Assembly (NCBI RefSeq): GCF_002105155.1
Contig: NW_019029018.1
Coordinates: forward strand, 186,001 to 250,000
DNA length: 64,000 nt
Origin: Lobosporangium transversale
Taxonomy: Eukaryota
Direction of reading: 5' to 3'
The notes beneath the pieces are model-generated. The model was not told the origin of the DNA, did not search any database, and was given only the letters and a program-made list of their open reading frames with translations. Shown one piece after another: positions 13,201 to 27,682 of this stretch. Positions within the stretch are counted from its first letter, which is position 1; each line of letters begins with the position of its first letter. Made by a program: the position numbers and the translations under genes.

Positions 13201-13576
13201 TTGTGTTGATATCGCTCAGATGGGCGTCTGTTAGATCTAACTCAATGACATGTGTTCCATACCGATTCAACCTGGCCAAGATCACATCTGAATGTCGATT
13301 TTTGAAAATCGGAAAGAGCCGAAGAGGCTCCAGAGCAGCTCGATCCCAGTGACGAGATACTAAGCGCATCGAGGGTAACTGTGCACTCGATAGTAGACCA
13401 AGGATTCGTTCAAGTAACTCAGGGATTTGCAACGCGCGGTGGGCTGCAGATCCTTTGGCTGGAACTGCAAGGTCGATCTGGATCGAGGATGTGTCTTGTG
13501 GCGTAGACGGCATCGAACATGATTTCGTTATTGCCAATTGAGTATCTGCAGGCTCTATTTCTGCGTTGTAGTACAT
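10268..13576 (-). CDS. F-box-like / RNI-like LRR protein
   Basis: N-terminal F-box-like AHRALQIPELLERILGLL..MRLVSRHW followed by LRR-like segments (LTDQSIRHVLMMCSSLKEL, WACSNSLESLDLS). First ATG at 13576, just downstream of a likely acceptor at 13597-13598. Confidence 0.7.
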   Translation of the reverse strand: MYYNAEIEPADTQLAITKSCSMPSTPQDTSSIQIDLAVPAKGSAAHRALQIPELLERILGLLSSAQLPSMRLVSRHWDRAALEPLRLFPIFKNRHSDVILARLNRYGTHVIELDLTDAHLSDINTSDQWVRQFVQAITHHCPNVRSLKLPYECLRFGGVDLLVYYYASKKVYRTKEGIPVAPPSNTGIGPSSGQYNNQDTISLAQLHTLKLDFSHTEHQPVMGTKIISSIGRGLKRLELKLNLRESTFMQTFLQQQQQQQQQGFFGTVLHHNRLLSHQSCFLQYDEMLSACAQDLQDLEIIPAPHFLDPELTIVRRVSVPLQPHPHPLTQGTQDTQGTQGQTQAQVLFTGTTFSQPINPPRLISTFESLKIFAKFKPPLTRLHLGGVWFSEPDIWTLSEACPLVTDLRLTNEESDTRPRSSDMNRAAQNRTWIHPEAPIAINDRFKRPLSLYVSLKAWEELDYTTDCEEPTRSWKGLRRLRLDGNRVTMYSKTPWIMQNLRDLGPLRATQLSSLCLYNTLDLTDQDLIAFVDITHATLQFLNVDKNILLTDQSIRHVLMMCSSLKELSAAELNLTMAVFEDEELGLTDSSSLTCGAKIRNDVVKRKWACSNSLESLDLSWRFADGRPMHVQAPLYAENYESIMKSWDRNLHKPYRHHRRYYRLLEQQKQQQSLLEKQMGNNSARGSKPKRPFWHEQEGYLNEFEEARAFRLHSPRRRPSWKPRIPEKLIQQPSLPMFSKPWQIESIYERLRMLCKLEVLQLEGWLIPWRAADIYAFLGYSHEVESSTNSPDVHHMENLRSAKHSLEGNGLFCGRSGTGTEAYHGSKATNNAECLFDSANADHIVLSYLSKTLISKVYQPPIVSSVGQECPLKPIPCSYLTSLKHLNIQCKKAMFLSNPVGSDSPFEMEPGETIDLDNDDLCDITKSTFAPALHYSLPSDPEKRNKGAESSNCPPYSLSSPHPSLQPQLTEAEAEADRMRIEDQASMYSVIAAFMKACPRLQTFVIRPPPSVLSHEYSSSALTSKNFVATSAAAVPVNINNGRWDMIREYTVQLASTNGENSLVLTAMPLPLTQEMMHYLGCLSKRRVLCTVRSFPEYSIIRD

Positions 13577-13944
13577 GCTGGACAGGTCGAATAACTCTGA
13601 AATAGAGGGGGAAAAAATAAAATAGGTCAAATTACTGAACTCTACTCAATGAGTCAAACAGCCATTACTTTAACCATTGACTTGCATGAGCAAATTGCTG
13701 TCCATGGAGTTATGTGCTTAGAACTTTAATTGTGCCATTTACCTCCCATTTCATTTGTCATTGTGTTTCTCTGAAAACAATTGTAGGTGCGAGGATGCAG
13801 AAAAAGAAAAAAAAGAACTGAAAAACCACTTCTCCTTATAAAGTCAAGTAATTTCACACACAAAGTGGCTAAGTGATTGACATGATGTGTGTAAATGAAT
13901 ATTGCTTCGCCTTGCGGCTTTATTAAACTACACGAGTCACACCA

Positions 13945-16900
13945 TTACTGCCAATCCATGTTCTCAGCCTTCACCTGCACTTCTCCTGCATCGGACGTCG
14001 TACTATCAGGTGCCACTGATGACGAGGATGACAGCGGGGCTGCTATAGCTGTGGTTGCTGTGGTACTTGGATTACTATTGTTGCTGTTCTTGGATCCGGG
14101 TACTGGGAATCCTAAGAAAGGCTTGCCAATGCCTGGGAATGTCGCACTCGTATAAACACCATAACCACCTGGATGCATGCTCGGCAGATTTGCAGGAGGC
14201 GGTGTGCTTGTTGCACCGCCGGGTCCGGTCCCTCCTGGAGTGGTCATACCGCCATAAATATTGGCTTTCATATCTGCTTCAAGAATTTCCTGTTCTAGCT
14301 GCCGAATTGTTTCCATCTGTGGCGCCAGAATCCCTTCAGCCTTTTCAAGCAATACCATTGCCGCTTTAGTCCATGGTGAATGTTCTCCATTATATATCCA
14401 TGAATTGTTGACCATGATCCGCATGTCGGTCAAAAATGCATCAACAGTGCGGTACGCATAGTAGTTTTTGTTGGCATCCCTCATACCCGACAAATCGCGC
14501 GGTTGCTTAATCACAATATCATAGCCAGGCGCAATCTTGGACGATACTGGGGAAATAAAAGCGGTAGCCTCTTGCATTGATAGGATTGTGGAAAGCACAG
14601 ATTCGATAATATTGGCGAGCTCGACATCTGCTTTCTTTCGACGACCATATGATTTAACGGGCGGGAAGTAATCCATAAAGTCGTCTTCCGTGTGCTGGGT
14701 TGCAGATTCGCTTCGCTTCCTCTTGGGTGGTGTCGGCTCTATTATTAAAAAAAAAACCCCTCCCATATGCAATGTATTTTTAATAAGAAATATTATATGA
14801 GGGCTTTGTGAACGTAGGTGATATGCAGAAAAGCCACTTACGGAGCATTTTAGAGGGAAGTCGGACTACAAGAGCCTCTTTTTCCTCTTTCTCACGTTCC
14901 TTCTCCAGATCCGCAACACGGTCAATGACAGCTTTGGGAATCGAAATTTTGTTACTACTGACGCCGGAGGATTGTGGTGATCCTTGTCTAATAAAATCGC
15001 CTGTCATTGATCCGCCCCTAACCATTGGTGGTGGTGCACTAGGTGGCGCAAGAGGTGTTGGGCGTACTGGGACATGTGGTGGAGACATTATACTTCCAAC
15101 GCCTCCTGCAGTCATGTATCCTGTGCCTGTCACACCCAAGTTGGGAAGTGCTCCTGAAGGGTCAACATATTTGGGACATTTTTTGTTGGTTTTCATGTGA
15201 CCCAATGCACCACAGTTGCTACATTGACGAATCACCTTCTTTTTGAGGGTCGCAGTGGCAGGGTTAACAGGCAGATCCAAGCTCGTGTTACCGGCTTTGG
15301 CTGCTGCTCTAGCCATTCTACGCTCCTGATTCCTGTTAAGTCTGGCGATTTCCTCCAGAATGCGTTTCCTCATACGTTCATTCTTAGCCTCATCGTTTGT
15401 TGGCTCGAGTGCTTCAGTGCTGATCGAGTTTTCTTCAATTAGCTGACGTTGACGAATGTAAGCATTCATGACTGCAGGGTCACGAATAGTTTCAGATTTC
15501 CATGTGGTCTCGCCGTTCTCCAGACGGATAAGTCGCTTGATGATCAAGCATTTGTTTCGAGACGATCCAAAGTTGCCAACACTGGTACGCGAGCTAATAC
15601 TACCAGCAACTGAGACATTGTCATCATCCATGTCATTGTCTCGGTCACGATCACGGTCTCCACCGCGATCAGCACTATCACGATATCGGCCAAACAATGA
15701 CGGCGAGGGTGAGACACGACTACGGTCTACAGTAGACATTTCACGCCTCTGTCGATTGAGATTTTCTTCTTCTTCTTCGTTCCCAATGACATCGTCGTTA
15801 CCATCAATTTCTTCAGTATTGCTCAGCGCCTGATGTTGCATGTTCCAAATACGTGTAATCTCCTCCTTGTAAACCTGCTGCTGCTCTGCAACATTGTAGC
15901 GATGCGTACTCTTTGGAAGAAGTTCGATCTGCGCTAATCTCTCCTCAAGAGACTCCCCTTGTCTCAAGAAAATATCTTTCATGCTAATGCGGACAAAACT
16001 AAAGCCTTCACCGCGACCCGTTGGATCACCAGCTCCCCAAAGTTTCAACATGGCCTTGCCCTGGGTTGCGTTGATAAAGTTGCGTGTTGTAATCCACGGT
16101 GCGAGCTGCTCTTCAATGTCCATATTGGACTCATAATCCTCGTTTCCATCATCCTCGCCATCCGCTGCTTTACCATAACCAGCATCCTGCAAATACCGCT
16201 GACCAACTAACATACTCTCATATAAGCACACCATCTCTGGTGTTACCAGTTTACGGATCTCCTCTTCGCTTGGTAGTGGCGTGCTCGCTTTCAATTTCCA
16301 AAAGCCTGTATTGTTGCCCTTCCGTTGGAATTCTGCAAACTCCTTAAGTCTCTGACGAATCTGAATTTCCGAATACTCAGGGTAGGCCTTGACGAGTTTG
16401 GCAAACCGTAGGCGATTGTATGGATCCTTGCGAATAAATCTAAATGCTGAGATTTGGAGGCGATTCTTGACCATGGTTGTGATCTTCCTTGAATGAGGGC
16501 CGGGGACGTCCTGGACAGGATATGTTTGACCGACAACGTAGAGATGTGGGATATGTCTGATATAATACTTGGTCTCGCCCTTATAGGTCGTCCTAATGAC
16601 TAGAAAATCTGTGTTTCTTGCTGGTTGCTCGAATACAGGTGCTCTGATCAGGTTGTTATAAAGTGCGCTGATAGTCTGTCCTGGCTCCACATTTCCAAAA
16701 CCCAGAAATGGCGAGGCATCGGCAACATCCAAAACAAAGGGTTCTCCGATTTCCTTTTGGGGTATGTGGGTATCGTCAATATTCTCCTTACGGTAATAAT
16801 TTATCAAGAAGCTTCCCATGCCTACATTTTGAATAATTGCTGGATGTTCCTCCGAATACTCCAGTAGAACAAAGTTGGTGTTGTCACGCAACGTCAAATC

Positions 16901-19038
16901 CTTTGAGCCTCTCATGACTTCGCCCAGCTCCTTGCGTTTTTGTTTCTTCTTTTTGCTACCTTTTACGCGCGAAAATGTAATGTCAACATTGAGTGGTAGT
17001 TGAAGCTGCGGTCTGTGGAATGACCGTTGTTCTGATTTTGTCAACTTGTTCTTGTACCATGGCTTCATCAACTTGACGGCAGGAAGAGCGTGCTGAACAA
17101 CCAGCTGTCCAAATGTCTGACGTACCCTATGGAAACGCCCCTCCTTGTGGGCTTCGTAAAACCGATCGTTTGATAAGTTGAAGCGATCAATTTGAAGTTT
17201 TCTGTGCGTTTCTTCCTCTGAAGGGTCATTTGTTTTGGTTACTACACGATATGCTGGCAATATGGCCTTCTTCCCACGTTTGACTAATGATTAAGGATGT
17301 AATAGAGTTGCTGCATTAGCTATATGATCCGCAATGCGACTTGCAGTGCAAAAAGAGTTCATGAAGTGAATCGAAGAGATAACAACATACCTCTGAATCC
17401 CTCTCCCATTGTCTTGGAATCCATTGAAGTAAGGTCAAATAAAACATTGGCATCATTCATGTTGAAACTGATCTGAGTGAATGGTTTAAAGGGCTTGTTT
17501 TCGTCCCAAATAATCGATTCTTCCCAATCACCGTTCTCTAGTTCATAGTTACGAATAGCGAAGATTTCCTTTGAGCTGTCTTCAGTATTTTCAGTAGTTG
17601 TGCTGCCAGCGCTAATTATTCGCAAAAATGCTGGTTAGGTTTCTCTTCTGACCAAAAAAAAAAAAAAAAAAAAAAAAGTCTTGTCATTCCAGACTATGTC
17701 CTTACCCGCTTGTTTCTGAGGTTTTCAATGGGACTACTGCATCGTCCCAAATAATTTTATCCTCCCATTCTTCGAGCTGTACAGAGTAGAGATCTTTGGT
17801 GTCCGGTACTTTCCATTGCAAGCTATTTGCCCATTCTTTGTCAACTAAATTCTAATTAGATCATAAACAAGAGACGTTGATAACATTTCAGTTCAGTTGC
17901 TCTCGATACAAAATGAGCAAATAAAGAATAGCTAAAAAAAAAAAATAAAAAATAAAAAATAAAAAAAATAAAAAAAGTACCTCATATGCATCATAGGGAT
18001 CAACATCCTGATCTTCAACGGATATTGGATCCTCTGGTTGGTCAAATATTTTCCGTTGATCATATTCGCGAGTAAATTTATTGATAGTTGGGAAGTCGGC
18101 AGGCTTCACTTTTGAGTGTGGGAAGCGCTTCAGTCGTTTGATATTGAACAGCTCCGAAAATTTGAGGATCTTGTTCTTCTCGAACGCAGGGTATAGTGCA
18201 TGTACATCAATGGGCTCTACAGGTGCAGAAGGTCCAGCGGTCGTTCCTGAGAGGGGTGGCAAAGTAGAAGGTGGAAGAGCGACTTTGCTTCCTGCACTGC
18301 CCGCTGCAGTCTGATTCAACTTTTGCTGTTCTTCTAGAAGGTAAAGTTGTTGTTGCTGAAGTAACGATAGTGCTGATTTTGGGGCTGTTGTGATGTTTGA
18401 TGCTGTTGAAGAAGATGGTGGCAATGATAAGCTTGTTGTCGGGGCTCTCTCCTCGTCTGCACCATCAGCATCATAATCTTCATCCATACTGTCAAGCCTT
18501 GACTTGCCCCTGTTACCGCTAGCGCTCTTTGCTAAATTACTTTTCATCGCTGTTGAGGCCATCGTGGAGAGTCCTTTTTGTAGATACTGGTTACTGAACA
18601 TCTGTTCTGAATTATCCACAGCGAGGTCATTGATTTCTGAAAAGTCAACAGCATCCTTGTCATGTTCAAAAGTAGATTTGATAGTAGCAAAGTTGACCTC
18701 GCCATCTTGGTCTTCTTCATCGTCCTCGTCATTGTCAACTCCACCAGATGCATCTGGACCTTGAGGTTGGACCTCACTCTCATCGACGCCCAATGTCTTT
18801 GCGGAGAAGAGGTGCGTAAGCTGTTCACTGTTCTCTAAACTCTCCAAAGCCTCACGGAATTCCTACACAAGTAATCAATGCTTTGTTTAGATGAGCCACT
18901 GGTGTACTGAATGATTTTGCAAAAAAAGTGTTTATTGTTGCTAAAAAATCGCTCTTTTGAATAGAAATGTACCTCCGGTAGGTCTTCGACCTTGCCTGAT
19001 TTGTCAACGTTTCCGAAGAAGTAGCCGGCGAAAGACAT
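13945..19038 (-). CDS. TAF1: Transcription initiation factor TFIID subunit 1, multi-exon
   Basis: TAND-like start MSFAGYFFGNVDKSG; DUF3591 core (EYSEEHP..NVGMGS, NNLIRAPVF, APWITTRNF..GDPTGRGEGFSF); Zn knuckle CSNCGALGHMKTNKKC; one C-terminal bromodomain. Introns include 18863-18972 and 14739-14841. Confidence 0.95.
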
Positions 19039-19177
19039 GGTGTGGTTGGTTAGGTATTAATGAATAGGGATCAGCTCATGGAGACAAATGAAAAATGAGC
19101 AATGTTTTCCAAATGCGTATGAACGCGCAGCAGAAAGGATAGACAGTCACAGGTTTTTTTTTTTTTTTTTTTTTTTT

Positions 19178-20717
<1,540 letters not shown>

Positions 20718-20857
20718 GGTAAAGTCAAGCTGCTCGGCAAAAAAAACAAAATGAAATGTCGCAGGTGAAACAATTGAGGTAAAATGAAATACATGCTCTA
20801 GTCAAATAAGAAGTTGTATTATTTTATTCATTTGACTTGGGTATACTCGCTGTCTAT

Positions 20858-22437
20858 CTAAATGATAGGTGCTTTAATGGCCTCTTCATCGTCAGCGTTT
20901 CTCCACATGTACCATGATGCGATGGTGCGATAAGGTCTCCAACGCTCCGCCATCCGCTCCATATCCTCACAAGTCATCTCTCCATTCTTGGCTTTACCTT
21001 TACCTCTGGCCCCGCTCTTCTTCTTGGTAACAACCTTTGTAATGACTTGACTACTAGATCCTCTAGTATCCATATCAGCCTCAGTTATCTCTACTTCTTC
21101 AGTAATAGAACCCCAGACACCATTTTTATAGTCCTTTCTAAAATGCTTTTCCATCCCTCTTCGAATTCCCAAATCGAGAGTAGGCAAAACATCCAAGCGC
21201 TCCAGCGAATCCATCATAAACATATCCACAGTCCACGGTCCAATACCTCGAACACACAGCAATTGTGATGCCACTTCCTCATCTGTCATAGATTGCAGTG
21301 CGGCCTTGTCTGTAAATGTGATCTTTCCCTCCGCAAAATGACGTGCCAGATCTTGGACATAGGACGCTTTTCGTTCTGACAGTCCGCGTTGGCGAAGAAT
21401 ATCCATAGAAGTTGCTAGGACTTGTTCCGGAGACGGGAATCTCTTGTCACCGGCATCTAGCGACTCCAAAGTTACTTGGTCAGGGAAATAGTAAGAAACA
21501 AATTTGTAGATGATGGATCGTGCAGCCTTCCAATGAATCTGCTGTCCAAGAATTGTGCGTGTGAGAACACTAGCGCAACGTATAAAGAAAATGATACAAA
21601 ATTAGATTTGAATAGAAAGTCGATTATTGGATTCAACTTGGTTGGAAAATATGTGAATATCATACCGAAAGTAATTGGTATCATGATCAGAATAAATAGA
21701 ATAGGGGTATTTGGCAATCAAAGGCGCCAGCGCAGGGTCTGCTTTACAAAGGTGAGCAAGGGCTTCCTCAGCATAAGAAGGTATATGCTTAGGTCTCTTG
21801 GTCCAAGGATCAACTTCAGGAACGTTGGGCTTTGAATCCTTGGCTGTTGCGACTGCTGCAATCGTAGCGTTAGTGTTGGCTGCAGTTTTTGTGGAGTCAA
21901 TTTCCATCGGCTCCGATGGCGGAGAGGCATCCTTACGGCCGCGACGCGTTTTGGTGGTCTGCGAAGATACAAGGGCAGTGTCGATGCCATCGCTCTCAAT
22001 CAAAGTAACCAGTGGCTACATAATAAATAAAAAGGACTGATTAAAACAATTGTTTCGTCTTGTTTTAGATTTATTCAGAAAAAGAGTGTTAGAGGTTCGT
22101 ACCTTTGATACTCGAGTTCGCACTGATGTAGCAGTTGTCTTCTAGTAACAGCGTAAATAACGAATAGAATTGTTAAGGTTTATACATTGCTGCGAGGCAA
22201 AACAGGAGGCCAATCACATCATTGCACTCACGGCAACAGTAGTTCTCGATGAAGTTCTAAAATATCAGATATTCAAATTTAGTGGCGTTAATGTTCAGTT
22301 GAATTGCACTGAGTAGATATGCAAAATTTGAAGTGGACTTGTTACCTCGCTTTGGAGCTCTTGAACACAGTCGAAAGAGTTGGCTTCAGGGCTGCATTGT
22401 CAAGTGCAGCTTGTGCAAGTGCGCGTCGTGTCTGCAT
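20858..22437 (-). CDS. MAG1: DNA-3-methyladenine glycosylase (AlkA/HhH-GPD family), multi-exon
   Basis: ILGQQIHWKAARSI, GLSERKASYV.DLA, HhH motif LLCVRGIGPWTVDMF, DVLPTLDLGIRRG, WRPYRTIASWYMWR. Start MQTRRALAQ at 22437 inferred. Confidence 0.88.
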
Positions 22438-22765
22438 GAGGAAGATGTAAAAATGTAAAAACGTAAGAATGTAAGAAGTTGATGTTCAAGGCAAACAAAA
22501 GAAGAGAAAGAAACAAAAGTGGAAATAGTCAAATGGATGGTTGAGAAACCAAAAAGGAAATTTTCAGTTGACCTGTATTTCCTGCTTTTCTGTGATATAT
22601 TTTAATGAATAATTTATCACTCCATCCCATCATGATAAAAATGAGCGCAGCCAATAAACGAACGCAATCCTTGCCAGCACATTCAGTTTCATCTAAGAAG
22701 ACGCGTTCATCCTTCTCTCTCTCTTCTTTTTTTCCACGTCCAATCCTGTTAATTTCATCTCATCC

Positions 22766-24115
22766 ATGGCGAATTTCAGGCTATTTTTGTTTATCATCTT
22801 TCTAACTTCGCTCTCTACGGTCTTGGCAGAGTCATGGAAAGTGAATGACATCAATCTCCAGATCGTCTCACGGGACGGTACAAAGAAGGCTAAGCACGAG
22901 TAAGGAGCCATGGAACAAATAAATATTAAAATCATTAGGAAACAAGTTTTTAAGGAGTAAAAGCAGGACTCTATTGTGCAAAGTTATATAAAGATCATCA
23001 GGAAAATTGGATCATCGTCAGTCACCCCTATCCATTAGAATGAATGTCTATCACTCCTCTCCTGATATCGATCGACCAACTCTAATCTTCTGTCCCCTCA
23101 TATCCCTTATTTATCTTTATGGTTTTCAGACTGGAATATCCAAATACTGTCGAGAACCTGACTGCCGATTCAACGGACTTGCTCAAGTTCTCGTTCAAGA
23201 TTGAGAATAGCGAACGTCCACATCAAGCTATGGTCGTCTTCCAGAGTCAGGATGAGTTCCAGGATGAGATTATGGTCGCTGCTTCCGTCAGATCATCAGG
23301 AAAGGGACGGTTCGAGCTTGTAAGACATGAAGAACAACATCCATGGGTTTATTCTCCATTATTCTCAGGACAATGTTTTAATGGCTCACAACGAAAATAT
23401 TTACAAGTCCATTTGCATTATTATTTTTCGGTATACTTCAATTTTGTATTCAGAACTTTGCAAAAGCAGATCGCAAATTCAAGTATGGTACACGTAAATA
23501 CTCTATGACTTTCTTACTCGGAGGTTTCACAATTGATGAGCCTTTCAAGTACACCCTTGGCGAGATCGAGGTTCAAGCTCCTACCGTTAACCCAGCAACA
23601 CGTCCAAGTCGTGTTGAATACAAGTCTCAGCCCGAAATCCACCATCAATTCCGTCCTGACCAAAAATTGATCAATAAGGCTATCTCAGGCGCATTCACTT
23701 TGCTTGTCCTTACCCCATTTGCCGCTCTGTTCATCATTGTATGTCAAAGCGCACAAGTGTGGACCATTACCGATGTATATTCTGTAATACAGCCAACAGT
23801 GTGGGAATATTTCTAACACTTACTTTTACTCTTTACTTTTTTCTATAGTGGTCCCAATTAGGCATAAAGTTCGAACCTCTCAAGTCTCTTGTCCGAAAAC
23901 CTCTGGATTTAGTTGCTGCGATCGTGTTCTTTGCTTCATTGATAGGTATCGAGTACGTTTTCTACTCGTACTGGACCCATGTCACATTGTTCCCAGTACT
24001 TCGATATCTCAGTGTCCTCTCCCTTGTGGCCATCGTATCAGGACGCTCAGTTCTTACTTTAGTTCAAGCACGTCGACTTCAACGTACGGCTGGCTCCGCG
24101 AAGAAACAGTCATAA
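22766..24115 (+). CDS. SWP1: Oligosaccharyltransferase subunit delta (ribophorin II), multi-exon
   Basis: Signal peptide MANFRLFLFIIFLTSLSTVLA; RPHQAMVVF; conserved PEIHHQFRPDQK followed by C-terminal TM helices ending GRSVL..VQARR. Confidence 0.88.
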
Positions 24116-24241
24116 AAGCAGATAGAAAACAGAGCAAGACATTCTTGCAAAGTTGAGTCTTATAAACAAATAAATATGTTTTTTCCTTATCTATTTTTTT
24201 TTTTTTTTTTTTTTTTTTTTTGGTGCTAATTGTGTCAGTAT

Positions 24242-26424
24242 TTAAGATGCTGCATTGTCATGGTCTTCACTTTTCTTGGGTTTCTTTCTGTCCGAATCTT
24301 CGGAGCCTTCAGATTGACTAATCGGTCGCTTATTAACAAAATTCTGGCTGACTGACTCATCCTCAAGACTAACTCCGCTACCAATGACATCCACAACTCC
24401 TGCTTCTGCAGTCTCGAGTCGTTGATTGCGTTTCATCAATGCTGCTTCGACCAAGATCTGCGTTTGATGCTTCTCATTTGTACGTACAGGCTCAACACCA
24501 AAGTGCAGTTCGAATTCTTTCGTGTACTGATTAAGAGTACCTGATGCAATAGCCTCACGGATCGCATCGAAGAATATCGAATATTGATATAAATTATGAC
24601 TGAAAAAAAAAAGGATGAAAAAGATGAAGAAGGATTAGACTTGTATATACCTCCATGACAACACCATCGATGTGGGTAGGATCTCAGTAAGAGATGTTCG
24701 TGAACAAAGACTTTTTCTTGTACCTCATGAGAAGTACAGTAGCAAGCATTTCGTGTGCCTTTAAGAGATGATTAATGTAGGCTCGAGTGTGCCGGTTATC
24801 CTTGCAGGCATAGCATCCACAACCCTCTAAAATAGGTATGAATTTATCGCTATGCCCTTCATCCCATAGATTAAGCCAGCGATTATTGCTTCCTACTGCT
24901 CCCCTCATCATCTTTGATGATGATAATGATCCATTGGGTCCAAAAAAGTACAGTGATGCTTTGCCGTCTTCTGTCAATTGGTATGGGTATGACGTATCAA
25001 AAAGGTCAACTCCTAGCGCTACAGCTTTCAGAATATCCTCTGTTATAGCAGATAAAAAAGAAAGAAAGAAAGAAAAATTAATATCACAATACGGTCTAAA
25101 ATACACCAGAGTAAAGAAATAGCTTGGTTTCAATTCGATATTTACCAGGTGCGTGGATTCCATAAGCCATCTTAGGTTTCTCTTTAGGAAGATACTTTAG
25201 AGATATTTGGATAAATTTAAACATATCTTCTTTTTCTTTTTCAGAACCCGCGTTAGACATGGAACCCACATCCATGATGAATCCATCCACCTCTATTCTC
25301 TCACTCGTCTCCTTCGCACTCCTGATTCGTTCATCCTCAAATTGTCCGCCTTGGACATGAGCAAACACTGAAACATCCATCCAAGGCTCTGTTTGTATTT
25401 CAGAAACCTCAATGGGCGAATTAGTTCCACTATCTTGACACTGTTTCCCTTGCATTGGCTCTTGCCTTTGTTCTTGTCCTTGTCCTTGCTCTTGTTCTTC
25501 TTTGGCTAAAGTACGTCGCTTTTCACGCTTCTCTCTTTTACGCCTCTTTTCCTCTTCAATTTTCCGATCCTCTATCATCCCATCCTTGCCTTGACGCTCC
25601 AACAAGATTTGGTCTAGCCACTTTAACGTCCTGTTAATGCTCTTTTGAACCCTCTTTTTCTTTTGATCTGGCTCCTCATTGCTAGATTTACTGCCTTTAA
25701 TATCAGTCTTGTTGTTTGCCTGAAAATTATCTGCCATCGCCACCACGATATCTGGGCGATATTGTCGAACCACTCGGAGATAGTCTTCTAATGTCAAGGG
25801 ACGAACACCTTTAGGAGTCGAGAGAAAAACATGTCGATCTGTGTTAGATCCGATTCTTTTCGTCGAGGCATCATTAGTAGATGTAGTAGGGGAAAGTGAA
25901 GGATAAGTGTAGGATGGATCGCGTGAATCACAGAGTAAAATCAGATCCTGCAAATAGAGGTAGTTAGCTAATGTGTACTCCTTAGATGGCCACTTGGAGA
26001 AGGATGCAGGTTGATCTGGCTGCCTATTTTTTTTAATAAAAAAAAAAAAAAAAAAAGGTTACAAAGAGCTCACTGGAAGTAGTCCTTGCGTACAAACTGC
26101 AAAAAAAAAAAAAAAAAGCTCCACTCACAAAAGCTGTTCCAGAAAGACGTTAATGCCCCCGTATCTCTGTTGGCGCATCATATCTGGTGTCAAGTGGGGT
26201 ACAGACCCTTTGGTCGAAAACATGAAACAGCCAGGTGTTTGTATTGTTCGTTTCGAAGATTCCTGACCTCCAATGACATCGCCCTGATTAATCTCCGTGT
26301 TAAGCACTAAAAGCTCGCCAGTGCGTGCAGCCGAATCAGCATGCAGTGAGGATGGTTGAATCTTGAATCTTAATGGCGACGACATCAATGCTCTTTTTAA
26401 TGACACCTTTGCGAATGAGAGCAT
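24242..26424 (-). CDS. QTRT2: Queuine tRNA-ribosyltransferase accessory subunit, multi-exon
   Basis: IQTPGCFMFSTKGSVPHLTPD; DILKAVALGVDLFDTSYP; Zn site CGCYAC..HTRAYINHLLKAHEMLATVLLM. Start at 26424 or 26385. Confidence 0.9.
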
Positions 26425-26700
26425 TTCACCTCATTACCAACACCAAGTACATGTACAAGTGAACATTTAGTGGCTTGTCGTAGCACCAGCGCGTAAAACA
26501 TTCTGTTGGTGGCAACAATTTAGGGTATCAAACTTTATTCAGATACATCAACAGTGCGCTGAGCTTTACGAAACAAAATCGAGGCACCCGAGATAGCCTC
26601 ATTCCAAGGATGTACCAGGTCATGGTCATAAAAGAGAAGGCCTTGCATTCTTTTCTTTTCTTTTCTTTTCTTTTTTTACTTTGTCTCTCAACACACTCCA

Positions 26701-27117
26701 TTTTACCTCACCCACTGATGAAATGTTGTTGCAATAGTAATTGAACTTAGTACGAGAGGAACCGTTCATTCGGATAATTGGTATTTGGGCCTGCCTGAAC
26801 AGGCAATGGCCCGAAGCTATCATCTGTTGGATTATGGCTGAACGCCTCTAAGCTAGAGTCCATGCCAGAACGCGACGATTACTCTCTTTTCCGATAATTA
26901 GTTGAATACGAATAGAGCTTCGGTTCCTGAATCATGCTACGCGGGACCATCATGCAGGGCGGAGAGGTCTTGTGTAGTGCCTGCTAATGTTAATTTCAAA
27001 TATTGGAAGAGATAAGCCCACAATTCAGACGACTTTAATTGAACGGGGACTGTAGGCTGTAGAGTAGCCTTGTTGCTACGATCAGCTGAGATTAAGCCCA
27101 CTGTTCTACAGATTTGT
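26701..27117 (+). pseudogene. 28S/25S rRNA 3'-terminal fragment (dispersed, non-array copy)
   Basis: Intact sarcin-ricin loop AGTACGAGAGGAAC at 26749-26762; GGATTATGGCTGAACGCCTCTAAG; terminal GTAGAGTAGCCTTGTTGCTACGATCAGCTGAGATTAAGCC..GATTTGT. No upstream LSU, 5.8S or 18S sequence. Confidence 0.92.
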
Positions 27118-27613
27118 TTGAAAGAACAGCAGCTCTCCTCTTCTCTTTATTTATCTTTTATTTTATTTTAGGATGCATGCTCAAGGAGTGTGTTTGAATA
27201 AACAAGATGGATTTGAATTTGTTTCCCTACCGTTATTCTGTCATATGCGTGTACGACATGAAACAAAAAAAATGAGAACGCATCTTCGAAACAAAGAGAG
27301 AAAGATCGGCACAAATTGTTGAGTTAGAGGATAATTAGAAAATATTGAGCGGAGGAAGACTGAGAAGAACGAAAAAAAAATTGGAGACTACTACCAGATC
27401 CCAGAGCATTAGAATTTTAGAATCAGGCTGGATAGCGTACGGTCCCAATTATTTCACAAAACACTTTTGAACATAGAAAATACGAGTCGGAGACCGCGAA
27501 GCCATGGTCGGCTCTTATCCCGTTAGAAAATTTATTGCTTTGCTTCATGAAGACAATAAAAAAAAACGTAGTGTAATGGCTGGTTTCGAAAATAAAGGCA
27601 CTACCATACAACG

Positions 27614-27682
27614 AGGAAGAGCCGGCATCGAAGGATCAAAAAGCAACATCGCTATGAACGCTGGCTGCCACAAGCCAGTTAT
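27614..27682 (-). pseudogene. Short 28S rRNA fragment (peptidyl-transferase centre region)
   Basis: Minus strand reads ATAACTGGCTTGTGGCAGCCAGCGTTCATAGCGATGTTGCTTTTTGATCCTTCGATGCCGGCTCTTCCT, a near-canonical LSU sequence. Confidence 0.9.

Noticed and set aside
26701..27117. Functional rDNA unit
   Set aside because: Only the last ~420 nt of LSU are present, with no 18S, 5.8S or ITS, and single-copy genes flank the region.
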